This document shows, piece after piece, positions 50,231 through 62,361 of a DNA stretch of 64,000 nucleotides. The stretch is taken from contig CM075992.1 of assembly GCA_038087875.1 (NCBI GenBank), positions 3,846,001-3,910,000 on the forward strand. Reading direction: 5' to 3'. Source of the stretch: Malacoraja senta. Lineage: Eukaryota. The notes under the pieces were generated by a model that saw only the letters and a list, made by a program, of their open reading frames with translations, ran no database searches and was not told the origin of the DNA. Position 1 is the first letter of the stretch. The number at the start of each line of letters is the position of its first letter. Position numbers and translations under genes: made by a program.

Positions 50231-53208
50231 GCCCGTCGTGGGGGAACATAGGAGGAGCCGACATACTTTGTAACTTTGTCAGCGCTCTAGGTGGCCGCTA
50301 TTTGTGTACCTTGGGCGTGCAAGCAAAGAATTTCACTGTGCCTCGTCAATTCAAGGAGTAATGTTGCAATCGGCTTGCTGGTGCTGGCAGCGTGCTGTGC
50401 AAGGCTGGGTGTGATTTAGGAATATGTCAATAACAAAGCTGGCACATACCTGCCTAGCTAACTTGTGGCAGGATATCAGCCTTGTGCAGAACCACCGAGA
50501 CCTACACGTGGTGTTTGATCTTTGAAATGAGCGACTCTGCAGGTCCCACTAGTAAAGTTGACATAATCTCACAGTACATTTTACTTCATACTTATAATAA
50601 TCCAAATCTGTACACTTTATCTCATTGTCTATCCTCGTTGTCACCTAACACGCAGCTAACACCGAAACGTCGCCTATTCCTTCTCTCCATAGATGCTGCC
50701 TCGCCCGCTGAGTTCCTCCAGCATTTTTTGTCTACCTGCTAACAATGGCCTGTTTCCTTTATCATCATTGCATATTTTTCATCCCCTTGTTCCACATCAC
50801 CATCTGACCAACTTGCCCATGCCGACCAACATGCCCCATCTACACTGGCCCCACCTGCCTGCATTTGGTCCATATCCTTCTAAGCCGATCCATAGAGCTC
50901 CCGTGGCTTTTGAAGAAACAGCAACAAAGAGAAGCAGGAAAAAGCACTGATTGGCTCAAGCCCGAGTGGGAGGAGAGTTAGAAGTGAGTCAGAGGGGGAA
51001 AACCGTTGAAAAGGAGAGGCAAAGCACAGGCAGACTTAACTCAGAGCTCACGTGGATTTTGAAGAAACAGCAACAAAGAGAAGAAACACTTTTTCTCACA
51101 GAGAGTTGTGAGTTCTCTGCCTCAGAGGGCGGTGGAGGCAGGTTCTCTGGATGCTTTCAAGAGAGAGTTAGATAGTGCTCTTAAAATAGCGGAGTCGGGG
51201 GATATGGGGAGAAGGCAGGAACGGGGTACTGATTGGGGATGATCAGCCACGATCACATTGAATGGCGGTGCTGGCTCGAAGGGCCAAATGGCCTACTCCT
51301 GCACCTATTGTCTATTGTCTATCCATGCACCTTTCCAAATGCTTCTTAAAAGTCGCAATAGTATCTGCCTGGACTATCTCCTCCGGCAGCTGCTTCCATA
51401 CACCCACCAGTAAACCATGACGTATAGTAGCTTACAAATTAATTATCTCATTGCTGACTCATGTGGCCTTTTAATTTGGAATTAATATTACCGTGAGCAT
51501 CTGGGGATCTCTGGGTGGATGCAGGAACAGAAGAGTAAGCTGCCTTACTTCCTCCTTTCTAGCTTCCTCATTCCTGTCTTGCACGTTGAGCCTGGTGTCA
51601 TGCGAGATGTTAATGCACCACACTTATATTTACCATTGCACAAACCAACCACAGAGATTCCTCTCCCTGTGGCCGTTCACCATCTGTAAAGCACCTTAGG
51701 ACATTCAGGTGTTGGGCAAGGCATTTTAAGGATGGAAACTTAGAAGTTATCTACAATCACCTCCAGAAAGAAGATAGACACAAAAAATGCTGAACTCAGC
51801 GGGATAGGCAGAATCTCTGGAGAGAAGTTTAAGAAAGAACTGCAGATGCTGGAAAAATCAAAGGTCGACACAAATGCTGGAGAAAGTCAGCGGGTGAGGC
51901 AGCATTTATGGAGCGAAGGAATAGGTGACGTTTCAGGTCGAGACCCTTCTTCAGACTGATGTGGGGGTGAGGGGGGGGGGCGGGAAGACGAAAGGAAGAG
52001 GAGGAGATAGTGGGCTGTGGGAGAGCTGGGAAGGGGAGGGGAAAGAAGGAAAAAGCAGGGACTACCTGAAATTGGAGGTCAATGTTCATGAATGGGTGAC
52101 GTTCCGGGTCGAGACCCTTCTTCAGACTGTAATCACCTCCATCCTGATTAGGCCATGATTAAAACTCTCGCCCTGGCTTTACACCCCTCCGTGATCACCC
52201 TTGCCTCAACCTCTGTAATAGTTTACGCAGAGGGGCTGTGCAAACATCCGTGAATGGTTTTCTCAGTCACGGAGTCGTAGAGTGATACAGTGCGGAAACA
52301 GGCCCTTCGGCCCAACTTGCCCACACCGGTACAGTCCTGCCCTGATGATGCTCAGAGTACGCAGGAGTATCTGGAGTCTGCTGCCCAGTTCACATGACTG
52401 GGACGTAACTAGAATTAGAAGGATAATTGGCTTGGTAAATGTAAAAATTGTCCCTAGTGGGTGTAGGATAGTGTTCAATTGCGATTTGCACATGACCCTC
52501 TAACTACCAGTATAGTCCCTGGTGGATTTTTCAGGAGTAATGATCACAAGGTACAAGATCTGGGTATGTTGGTTGGGAGAGGTCTTATATATTGATTTGC
52601 TTATACTGACAATAGTATCTCCTCAGTGCTTTGAAGTAAGCTGTTACAAGTATTCCACATCCCCAAAACATAGAACAGCCTAGGAAGAGTCCCTTCAGCC
52701 CTTCATGTCCATGCCAAATACGATGCCAAGTTAAACTACTTCCCTTTGCCTGCATGTGATCCATATCCCTCCACATGTGTCGACCTAAAGGCACCTTAAA
52801 TATCACTATGCTTAAGAAGGAACTACAGATGCTAGAAAAATTGAGGGTAGATAAAAATGCTGGAGTCTGAAGAAGTGTCTCGATCCGAAACGTCACCTAT
52901 TCCTTCGCGCGATATAGATGCTGCCTCACCCACTGAGTTTCTCCAGCATTTTTATCTACCTTAAATATCACTATCGTAGCTTCCTCCACAACCATCCCTG
53001 GCCACACGTTCCAGGCACCCACACCTCTCTGTATTAATAACCTCAAGGGAGTCAAGAGTGTTTTATCGTCATATGTCCCAGATAGAACAATGACATTCTT
53101 ACTTGGAGCAGCACAACAGAATGCGGGAAGTTGCTGCCCACATCTCCTTGACACTTTGTCCCTCTCATCTTCAAAGTTATGCCCTCGAGTCTTTGACATT
53201 TCTACTCT

Positions 53209-53823
53209 TTTTTTTTTCTTTTTTTTTTCCGTAAATGTTTTTTTTATTAGATTTTTAAACAAATGTACAATTTACAAGGAAGGGTAGAAAGCTCACACAA
53301 TTTAAAAAACATTTACACAAAACTATCAAATTAAAATATTAACATTTTTATCTATAATATATTCAACCTCCTGCGGTGACCAGCGTTCACAGAAGGCCTC
53401 CACAGTCCCCGTGGACACCGCGTGTTCCCTCTCTAGGGACACGCGGGCACGGACGTAACCCCGGAAAAGGGGCAGGCAGCCGACCGCTGTGCGGCCATCG
53501 ACTGCCCGCTGCCTGGACTCGCGAATGGCCATCTTGGCCAGGCCCAGGAGCAGTCCGACAGGGAGACCCCCTCCTCCCTCCCGACCCTCCCCCCTCTGTA
53601 CCGGGTGCCCATAGATTAATAGCGTTGGACTAAAATGTAGCCAAAACTTGAGGAGCAGCCCTTTCAGATACTCGAACAGGGGCTGCAACCTCTCGCACTC
53701 TATATACACGTGGAACATGGTCTCTTCCTCACCGCAGAAATGACACGCAGGGGAAGAGTCCGTGAACCGGCTCAAGTACCTATTACAGGCCACGGCTTTG
53801 TGCAAAACTCTCCACCCCAGGTC
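53209..53823 (-). mobile_element. Tx1/L1-clade LINE 3' end with zf-RVT region and poly(A)
   Basis: Open frame DLGWRVLH...CHFCGEEETMFHVYIEC...VNILI*; poly(A); 12-bp TSD CATTTCTACTCT (53197-53208, 53824-53835). Confidence 0.9.
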
Positions 53824-56610
53824 CATTTCTACTCTGGGAGAAAGGTTCTGGCTGTCTATTTTAATATATAATTATGCCTTTCATAATTTTATATACCTAT
53901 CATGCCTTCCCACAACCTCTGACGTTTCATAGCAAACAACTGAAGTTTGTTCAATCTGTTCTTGTAGCTACTGTGGTACCCGCATCTTCAGGCAGCATTC
54001 TGGTAAACCACCTCTGCACCCTTTCCAAAGCCTCCGCATCCTTCCTGTAACGGGGCGAGCAGAACTGCACCCAATACTCCAAATACAGCCGAACAAAATC
54101 CTACATTGGTGCAGCATGCGTTCCTGAACATTATACTCGATGCCCCTGATTAATGAATGCCAAGCAGACCAAATGCTTTCTTTACCACTCATTATCTATT
54201 TGCGTTGCCATTTTTAGAGAGCCATAAAGTCATAGAGTGATACACCGTGGAAACTGGCCCTTCAGACCAACTTGCCCGTGCCAACCATCATCCCCCAACT
54301 ACAGTGGTCCCACCTGCCTGAATTTGGCCCATATCCCTCTAAAACTATCCTATCCATGTACCTGTCCAAATGTTTCTTAACCTTTGCGATAGTACCTACC
54401 TCAACTACCTCCTCCGGCAGCTCGTTTCACACACCTACTATCCTTAGCGTAAAAAAAGTTGTTCGTCAGGTTCCAAGTCAAGTCAAGTGAGTTTATTGTC
54501 AAAGAAGGAACTGCAGATGCTGGAAAATCGAAGGTACACAAAAATGCTGGAGAAACTCAGCGGGTGCAGCAGCATCTATGGAGCGAAGGAAATAGGCAAC
54601 GTTTCGGGTCGAATCCCAAAGGAAATAGGTAACGTTTTGGGTCGAAACCCAAAGGGTTTCGGCCCGAAACGTTGCCTATTTCCTTCGCTCCATAGATGCT
54701 GCTGCACCCGCTGAGTTTCTCCAGCATTTTTGTGTACCTCTGAGTTTATTGTCATGTGTCCCTGATAGGACAATGAAATTCTTGCTTTGCTTCAGCACAA
54801 CAGAACATAGTAGGCATTGACTACAGAACAGATCAGTGTGTCCATATACCATTATATAAATATATACACACATGAATAAATAAACTGATAAAGTGCAAAT
54901 AACAGATAATGGGCTATTAATGTTCATAGCTTTGTCCGAGCCAAGTTTAATAGCCTGAGTAGCTAAATTAAATCTTTCCCCACCTCACTTTAAGACCTAG
55001 GTCCTACTTTGATTCTCCTACTCTGGGTAAAAGACTCTTGTGCATTTAACCTATCTATTCATCTTGTGATCTTACACACCTCTATAAGATCACCCCTCGT
55101 CCTCCTGCGCTTTGAGGAATAAAGACCTAGCCGTCGGAATTTCTCCCTATAGCTCAGGCCTTCAATTCCTGGCAACATTCTTGTAAATGGACTTGGACCT
55201 CAAAACCCCTTCACCTCTGTACATCAGTTGTTAAGGGTCTTCCCTTTAACTGTATACCTTCCCCTTACCTTTGAATTTGCAGAGCACTTTACACTTGCTT
55301 GTTGGAGGAGTTACAGGAGGGAAAGGAGTTGTTACTTCCTCATAGACCATGAGTTTGGTGTTTGTTTTGAGGTTTCCAAAACTTTTTCTTTTTAATAGTT
55401 GTCACATTGAAGATGGAACCAGTTCAAGCAAGACCCTGCCGAGAATGTGAATTAGTTTCGTTTAATTTAGAAATACACTGCGGAAACCGGCCCTTCGGCC
55501 CACTGTCTCCGCGCCGACCAGACCTCCCTAGTGGAATAAAACTGGGTGAAATAAAGGTCTTACCTTCCACTACCTGCAACCTCCGGCAACCACCTTCAAC
55601 TAGCATTGCAACCGGCTTCGACCCAAAAATTACCGATTTTTAAAACGGCAACCTATTTTTAGTCGAGGCCGGTTTTGAATTTTTTAAAATAATCGCCGGA
55701 ACATAGAAGAAGCCTCGACTACGCGGAAACCACTTTCGACCATTAGGGAGAGTGACAAAAACCTCCGGGGACCTCACGGAATCCTTGGGTGGGGCGCAAG
55801 GTCTCCAGAGGTTTCCGTTCAGGTTTCCTAAGTGGGACAGGGGCATAAAGGGCCTGTCCCACTTAGGAGACCTAAACAACAACCTCTGGTGACCTTGCCC
55901 GCCACCCAAAAAAAAATCCAGGTCGAGGTGACCTGCAACCTCCTACCACCGGCTTCGACATCCCTTGACTAGCGACTCGCGTGGCAACCGGCTTCGACTA
56001 GACCTGCGACTAAAAAATTATCGATTTTTAAAACGGCAACATATTTTTAGTCGAGGCCGGTTTTAAACATGATGAAAAAATAGCAGCAACCTACATGAAG
56101 CCTCGACCACGCGGAAACCACTTTTGACCATTAGGGAGAGTGACCAAAACCTCCGGTGACCTCGTGGAAACTTGGGTGGCGGGCAAGGTCACCAGAGGTT
56201 GCTGTTTAGGTCTCCTAAGTGGGACAGGCCCTATAGTAGGGACAATTTACAATTTTACCAAAGCCAATTAACCTACAAACCTGTACGTCTTTGGAGTGTT
56301 GGGGGGAACCGGAGATCCCGGAGAATACCTATGCAGGGGAGAAGGTACAAACTCTGTACAGACAGCACCCGTAGTCAGGATGGAACATGAGCCTCTGGCG
56401 CTGTAAGGCAGCAACTCCACCGCTGCACACAGTCTGGTTCAGGGAAATGTAATCACCTCCATATCGTGGAAAGAGGAACAGAGTTAGCGTTTCGTGTTAA
56501 AATCTCTTTATCAGAACTGGAAAGTGGGGAAGTTCACGGAGGGGGTGGGGAAGGGTGGACAGGACAAAGGGAATATCTCCGACATTGTGAGACCAGGGTT
56601 AGAAACATTG

Positions 56611-57085
56611 AAACATAGAAACATAGAAAATAGGTGCAGGGGTAGGCCATTCGGCCCTTCGAGCCTGCACCGCCATTCAATATGATCATGGCTGATCATC
56701 CAACTCAGTATCCCGTACCTGCCTTCTCTCCATACCCCCTGATCCCTTTAGCCACAAGGGCCACATCTAACTCCCTCTTAAATATAGCCAATGAACTGGC
56801 CTCAACTACCTTCTGTGGCAGAGAATTCCACAAATTCACCACTCTCTGTGTGAAAAATGATTTTCTCATCTCGGTCCTAAAAGACTTCCCCCTTATCCTT
56901 AAACTGTGACCCCTTGTTCTGGACTTCCACAACATCGGGAACAATCTTCCTGCATCTAGCCTGTCCAACCCCTTAAGAATTTTGTCCGTTTCTATAAGAT
57001 CCCCCCTCAATCTTCTAAATTCTAGCGAGTACAAGCCGAGTCTATCCAGTCTTTCTTCATATGAAAGTCCTGACATCCCAGGAAC
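56611..57085 (-). mobile_element. CR1 LINE 3' fragment, same subfamily as 41127-42181
   Basis: Nearly identical peptide GLSYEERLDRLGLYSLEFRRLRGDLIET...GYGEKAGTGY; (GAAACATA)n tail on +. Confidence 0.93.
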
Positions 57086-57420
57086 ATAGAAAATTACATT
57101 GCCACGGTAATTAGTGGTAGTGAGGAGGTGTTGAGGTACTCCTGTTCATGGCTATGCGGCTCAATAGAGTGAGGTTGAAGTTGCCCTTCACACCTCATAC
57201 ATTTAGGTTTTAGTCACCTTAAGGTCCGCGCTGGGGTCAAAAGAGAATTCAAGCCATTGCCATATCAGGTTTTTTTTCCACACACTTGATCAACATTCCT
57301 CCCATAATTCTTGATTAGTACGGGGGTCAAAGGTTATGGGGAGAAGGCAGGAGAATGAGGTTGAGAGGGAAAGATAGATCAGCCACGATTGAATGGCGGA
57401 GTAGACTCGATGGGCCGAAT

Positions 57421-58222
57421 CAGGGGCGGAAAACCCGGGGGGGCCAGAGGGGACATGACCCCTCCATGTTTTGAGAGGTGGGGGACATCCCCCCCAAGTT
57501 TTTATAATCCGGATTTTAAAACCCGGTGAAATCTCCGCTTTGCGCGAGGCAGTGGGGGTGGGACTGCTGATCGAGGGCGCTGATTGGACGAGAGAGATGT
57601 CGGTCAGCAGGCAATGGGGGTGGGACATGATAATTCAGCGCGATGATTGGAGGAGGGAATAGTGGGGGGGGTGGGTGGGACTGAGGATAGAGCGCGGTGA
57701 TTGGAGGAGGGAGACGTGGCATAGACCTGCGCTTCATCCGCAGGCAGGATCGATCCCGGCCGGGTCTCCGACGCTGTCCCAGAGTGCCCGCCCTGGTGGC
57801 CAGAGAGGTCGGCAGCAGAGATCCTCCGCTACAGGATCTTTGGTCGGGAATCAGACTGGCGCGGTGCCCCCCAGGCCCACAGCCAGCGCAGAGAAGCAGC
57901 GTTAAACCAGGTCAACTCTGCCTGTCCCGCCAGGTGAGCCTATAGCCTTCCTGGGCTTGTGGGAAATATGGCCAGCGTGGAGAAGCAGCGCTGGTATCCC
58001 GTCTGTCCAGACAGGGCTGTAGTTAACCCGGTGAGACAGGCAGAGTTGAGCTGCATTTAGCGCTGGATTGAGCCTCCGAAGCAAAGATACTACCTCGCGC
58101 GTGAGTGTGTGTGTGAGTGTGCGCATGCGCGCGCGGCCGCCAAAAAATTGCGGCCGCCAAAAACTCGCTATCAAAACATGTCCCCCGTCCCCTCCATGTT
58201 TTGATAGCGAGTTCCGCTCTTG
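57421..58222. mobile_element. hAT-superfamily non-autonomous DNA transposon
   Basis: Imperfect TIR CAGGGGCGGAA / TTCCGCTCTTG with exact 8-bp TSD GGCCGAAT (57413-57420, 58223-58230), interrupting a CR1 tail. Confidence 0.85.
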
Positions 58223-60164
58223 GGCCGAATGGCCTAATTCTGCTCCTATGACATGAATTTAACCAAGCCACTGAACGTCAATCCCAACTTCCTTTCCTTT
58301 GAAAGTGAACTAATTTATTATTGTCTTTTATTATGCGTGTATGGAACGAGCTGCCGGAGGAGGTAGTTGAGGCTGGGACTATCGCAATGTTTAAGAAACA
58401 GTTATACAGGTACATAGATAGGACAGGTTTGGAGGGATATGGACCAAACGCAGGCTGGTGGGACTGGTGTAGCTGGGACATGTTGGCCGATGCGGGCAAG
58501 TTGGACCAAAGGGCCTGTTTCCATACTGTATGACTCTATGACTCTACAGTCAACTCCTCAAAACCCTCAAGTCCTTTATCTTTCAAATAATAATCTACTT
58601 CTTCTTTACCTACCGTATATCCAACAATCTAACCTCCGTAACGCTCTACGGTGGAGAATTCCAAGGGCCAAACGGCCTGTTTCCGTGCTGTATGACACTA
58701 TTAAGACGTTAAAAGTGCCCATCAATGTTTGCCTCCTGTTACACTGTGACTGGATGTAGTAACATAACCAAGACTTGACATTATTGTTCACAAGCACTGG
58801 TGAAGGAACCCTTGCTAAGACCATCCGACTTACACACAGTTAACACTATGGTGACTCATTGCTGTAGAGTGCCTTTGGATGAACGGATATCATGGCAGGT
58901 GCAAGATGAATGGAAGGACTTTCGTTATCAGCTGGTTGCAACTTTTCACTCTGCCCACTATTACTCGACGCGCTATTGATACCCATAAGTGTCGGAAGAT
59001 AAAACCACATCCAAAGTCGCAGCAAGTCGGCAGGGCAAGTTGGGCGGCATGGTGGTGAGGCGGTAGAGTTGTTGCCTTAGAGCACTTACGGCGCCCGATG
59101 CCCTGGTTCGATCCCGGCTACAGGGTGCTCGTCTGTATGGAGTTTGTATGTTCTTCCCGTGACCACATGGGTTTTCTCCGAGAACTTCGGTTTTCTTTCA
59201 CACTCCAAAGACGTGCAGGTTTTTGATAAACCAAATTTCGTTTGAACTTCATTTGAGGTTCAAATGACAATAAACGGTATTGTATTGTATTGTATTGTAG
59301 GGCTTGGTATATACGTAACGATTGTCCCTAGTGTAGGACAGTGTTAATGTGCGGGGATCGCTGGTCAGAGTGGACTCGGTGGGCAGAAGGACCTGTTTCT
59401 CTAAATTAAACTAGCTTAACCTAAGACCTGTTCACCGACGATCTATCTCCCTCATAGTCCCTGAACGACACTATTTCCCCAACTAGTGGAATTTTGATTC
59501 AGATCCTTGCATCCATTTCCATCCATGTCTCTGCCCCCCACCCCTGTCCTAACAATCTCCTCCAGCCCTGTCGCACAGGGCCATACCCCGTAGACCAACC
59601 TTTACCCGAGCACACCAGGGTATCTGCATTATGCAATCGTCAAGGATGCTTCACTGTCGAATGTACCAACAACGGAACGATGAAATCCTTACTTCCAGCA
59701 GCATAATGGGCATGTAAACACAGTACACATACATTATTTATGTATTAAATAAAAATTCGATAATTAATAACCCAATACTTGGGCAACCCCCAGGTTGAGG
59801 TCCTTAATAATAATAATAATAATACATTTTATTTATATAACGCTTTTCAAGGACTCAAAGTCGCTTAAGGGCCTGTCCCAATTTCACGACCTAATTCACG
59901 ACCTCTGCCGAGTTTGCCCTTGACTCATACTCGCGGCATGGTCGTCGCGAGGTCATAGGTAGGTCGTAGGTAGGTAGTGATGCTAATCGTAGGTACTCGT
60001 GGCATCAAGCCGTGCCGACTTGCTGCGACCTTGGATGTGGTTTTATCCTCCAACACTTACGGGTAGCAATAGAGCGTAGAGTAATAGTGGGCAGAGTGAC
60101 AAGTTCATAGTTGGGTTAACGGTGTGTAATGTTCAACACCTTGATGGTTGTTGGGAAGAAGGCG

Positions 60165-60445
60165 GGTCGGCGCAGCGGTAGAGTTGCTGCCTTACAGCGC
60201 CAGAGACCCGGCTTCGATTCTGACTACGGGTGCTGTCTGTACGGAGTTTGTACGTGCCGCGCGTGGTTTTTCTTCAGGTGCTCCGGTTTCCTCCCACACT
60301 CCAAAGAAATACAGGTTTGTAGGTTAATTGGCTTCAGTAAAATTGTAAATTGTCCCTAGTGGGTAGAATAGTGCTAGCGTACGGGGTGATCGCTGGTCAG
60401 CGCGCTTAGCGGGCCGAAGTGTCTGTATCCGCACTGTATCTCGCT
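60165..60445 (+). mobile_element. tRNA-derived V-SINE (HE1-like), near full length
   Basis: Same tripartite structure; other near-full copies at 1545-1833 (-), 27020-27340 (-), 36760-37040 (-) and 62935-63215 (+). Confidence 0.88.
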
Positions 60446-61554
60446 AACGTCTAAAGCTATTCTTGAACCTGGTGATCATAGTTTGCAGACTCCTGTACCT
60501 TCTTCCCGATGGTATTAGTGAAATGAAGGCAGAGTAGTGTGAGTCTTCGATGATACTGGCTGCCATTTTGAGGCAGCGCCTCCTATAGATCCCCTTGATG
60601 GAGGGGAGGTCAGTACCCGTGAAGGGCTGGGCAGAGAGTGACTCACCTCCCTTGTCTCTGAGCTTTTGTTCAGTTCAATTCGGTTTAGTTTATCGTCACG
60701 TGTACCGAGGTACAGTGAAAAGCTTTTTGTTGCGTGCTAACCAGTCAGCAGAAAGACAACGCATGATTTCAATCAATCCATTCACAGTGTACAGATAAGA
60801 TCATAGTTGCTGTAGGAATACAGATTTAATAGTGTGAAGTGATTGTAATAATAGTTTTCAGCGGCTAGTGCACAAAAAGTCGCCTGTGTTGGGCACCATC
60901 TTGGAAGCTTTGAGTTGCCGAACCAGCCCGTGATGCAATATATATTCTCTACCATACATCGGTAGAAATTCAAGAGAGTCATGGGCTTGTCCTTATAAAT
61001 CAAAGATGCCCGTTGATGGAACTCATGTGTAGGAAAGAACTGCAGCTGCTGGTTTAAATCGAAGGTAGACACAAAATGCTGGAGTAACTCAGCGGGTCAG
61101 GCAGCATCTCTGGAGAGAAGGAATGGGTGACGTTTCGGGTCCCGAAACGTCACCCATTCCTTCTCTCCAGAGATGCTGCCTGACCCGCTGAGTTACTCCA
61201 GCATTTTGTGCCTACCTGTTGATGGAACTCGATGCCCTCCCCGAGGTTGACTGGACAAATTGTGTTATCATCTTTCATACATCCTCCTCATGTGCCCCTT
61301 CCCTTGGGTGTTCGGTTGTAATACCTCTCATAGCCCTACGTAACTCAGTCACCTCATCATTCTGCGGTCGTTTAACCGAGTCCCTCGTTGACATCTTGAC
61401 CACATCCTTCGTATAAGTCAAAGCCATTCATTAATTCTGAAGAAGGGTTTCGGCCCGAAACGTTGCCTATTTCCTTCGCTCCATAGATGCTGCCTCACCC
61501 ACTGAGTTTCTCGAGCACTTTTGTCTACCATTAATTCTTCTTGTTTTTTTTCAG

Positions 61555-61613
61555 GTCATTGAAACATTATCCTTTTTATCCTACACCACTGTAGCACAAA
61601 GTAAAGGAATCTG
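61555..61613 (+). CDS. VAV-family coding exon 3 (VIETLSFLSYTTVAQSKGIW)
   Basis: ttttttttcag acceptor, TG|GTAAGT donor, 59 nt; matches VAV VIxTLSxLSxTxIAxxxGI. Confidence 0.93.
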
Positions 61614-62052
61614 GTAAGTAGAACCTTATTGAATCCCGTACACTGTGTATTTACTTGAGTGCACTAAAAGTCCACTAGTTTGGTTCCAAGGATGTTGGTT
61701 TTGTTGTCTACGATACACTACCAGGGGCAACAGTTTAAGAATAAGGAGTAAGCCATTTAGAACGGAGACGAGGAAACATTTTTTTCTCACAGAGAGTGGT
61801 GAGTCTGTGGAATTCTCTGCCTCAGAGGGCGGTGGAGGCAGGTTCTCTGGATGCTTTCAAGAGAGAGCTAGATAGGGCTCTTAAAAATAGCGGAGTCAGG
61901 GGATATGGGGAGAAGGCAGGAACGGGGTACTGATTGGGGATGATCAGCCATGATCACATTGAAGCTCGAAGGGCCGAATGGCCTACTCCTGCACCTATTG
62001 TCTATTGTCTATTGATACAATAGAACTTTATTTATTCCAGGAGAGAAATTGG

Positions 62053-62361
62053 GGTGCCAGGCGGAAGAGGGCTCTGCCTGAGTCGGCTGCCTGCCCCTTT
62101 TCCGGGGTTACGTCCGTGCCCGGGTGGTGTTAGAGAGGGATACGCGCTGTCCACGGGCGTCCTGGGGGATTTCCGGGACCGCTGGGCACCGCTGGGGAGT
62201 GGAATGCATCCTTAATAAGGATGGTGATATAGTTGTATAACAGTTTATTTAGTATTGAAGAATATTTGTTTCACTTGCATTTTGACAGTGGGTCTTGTTT
62301 CAATTTATTTTGTACTCTACATATTACTGTAAATAATTAAATTATTTTTGGTTTAAAAAAA
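62053..62361 (+). mobile_element. Tx1/L1 3' fragment, related subfamily
   Basis: VGCLPLFRGYVRARV... homologous to the 53.3-kb copy; TSD GAGAGAAATTGG at 62041 and 62362. Confidence 0.8.
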
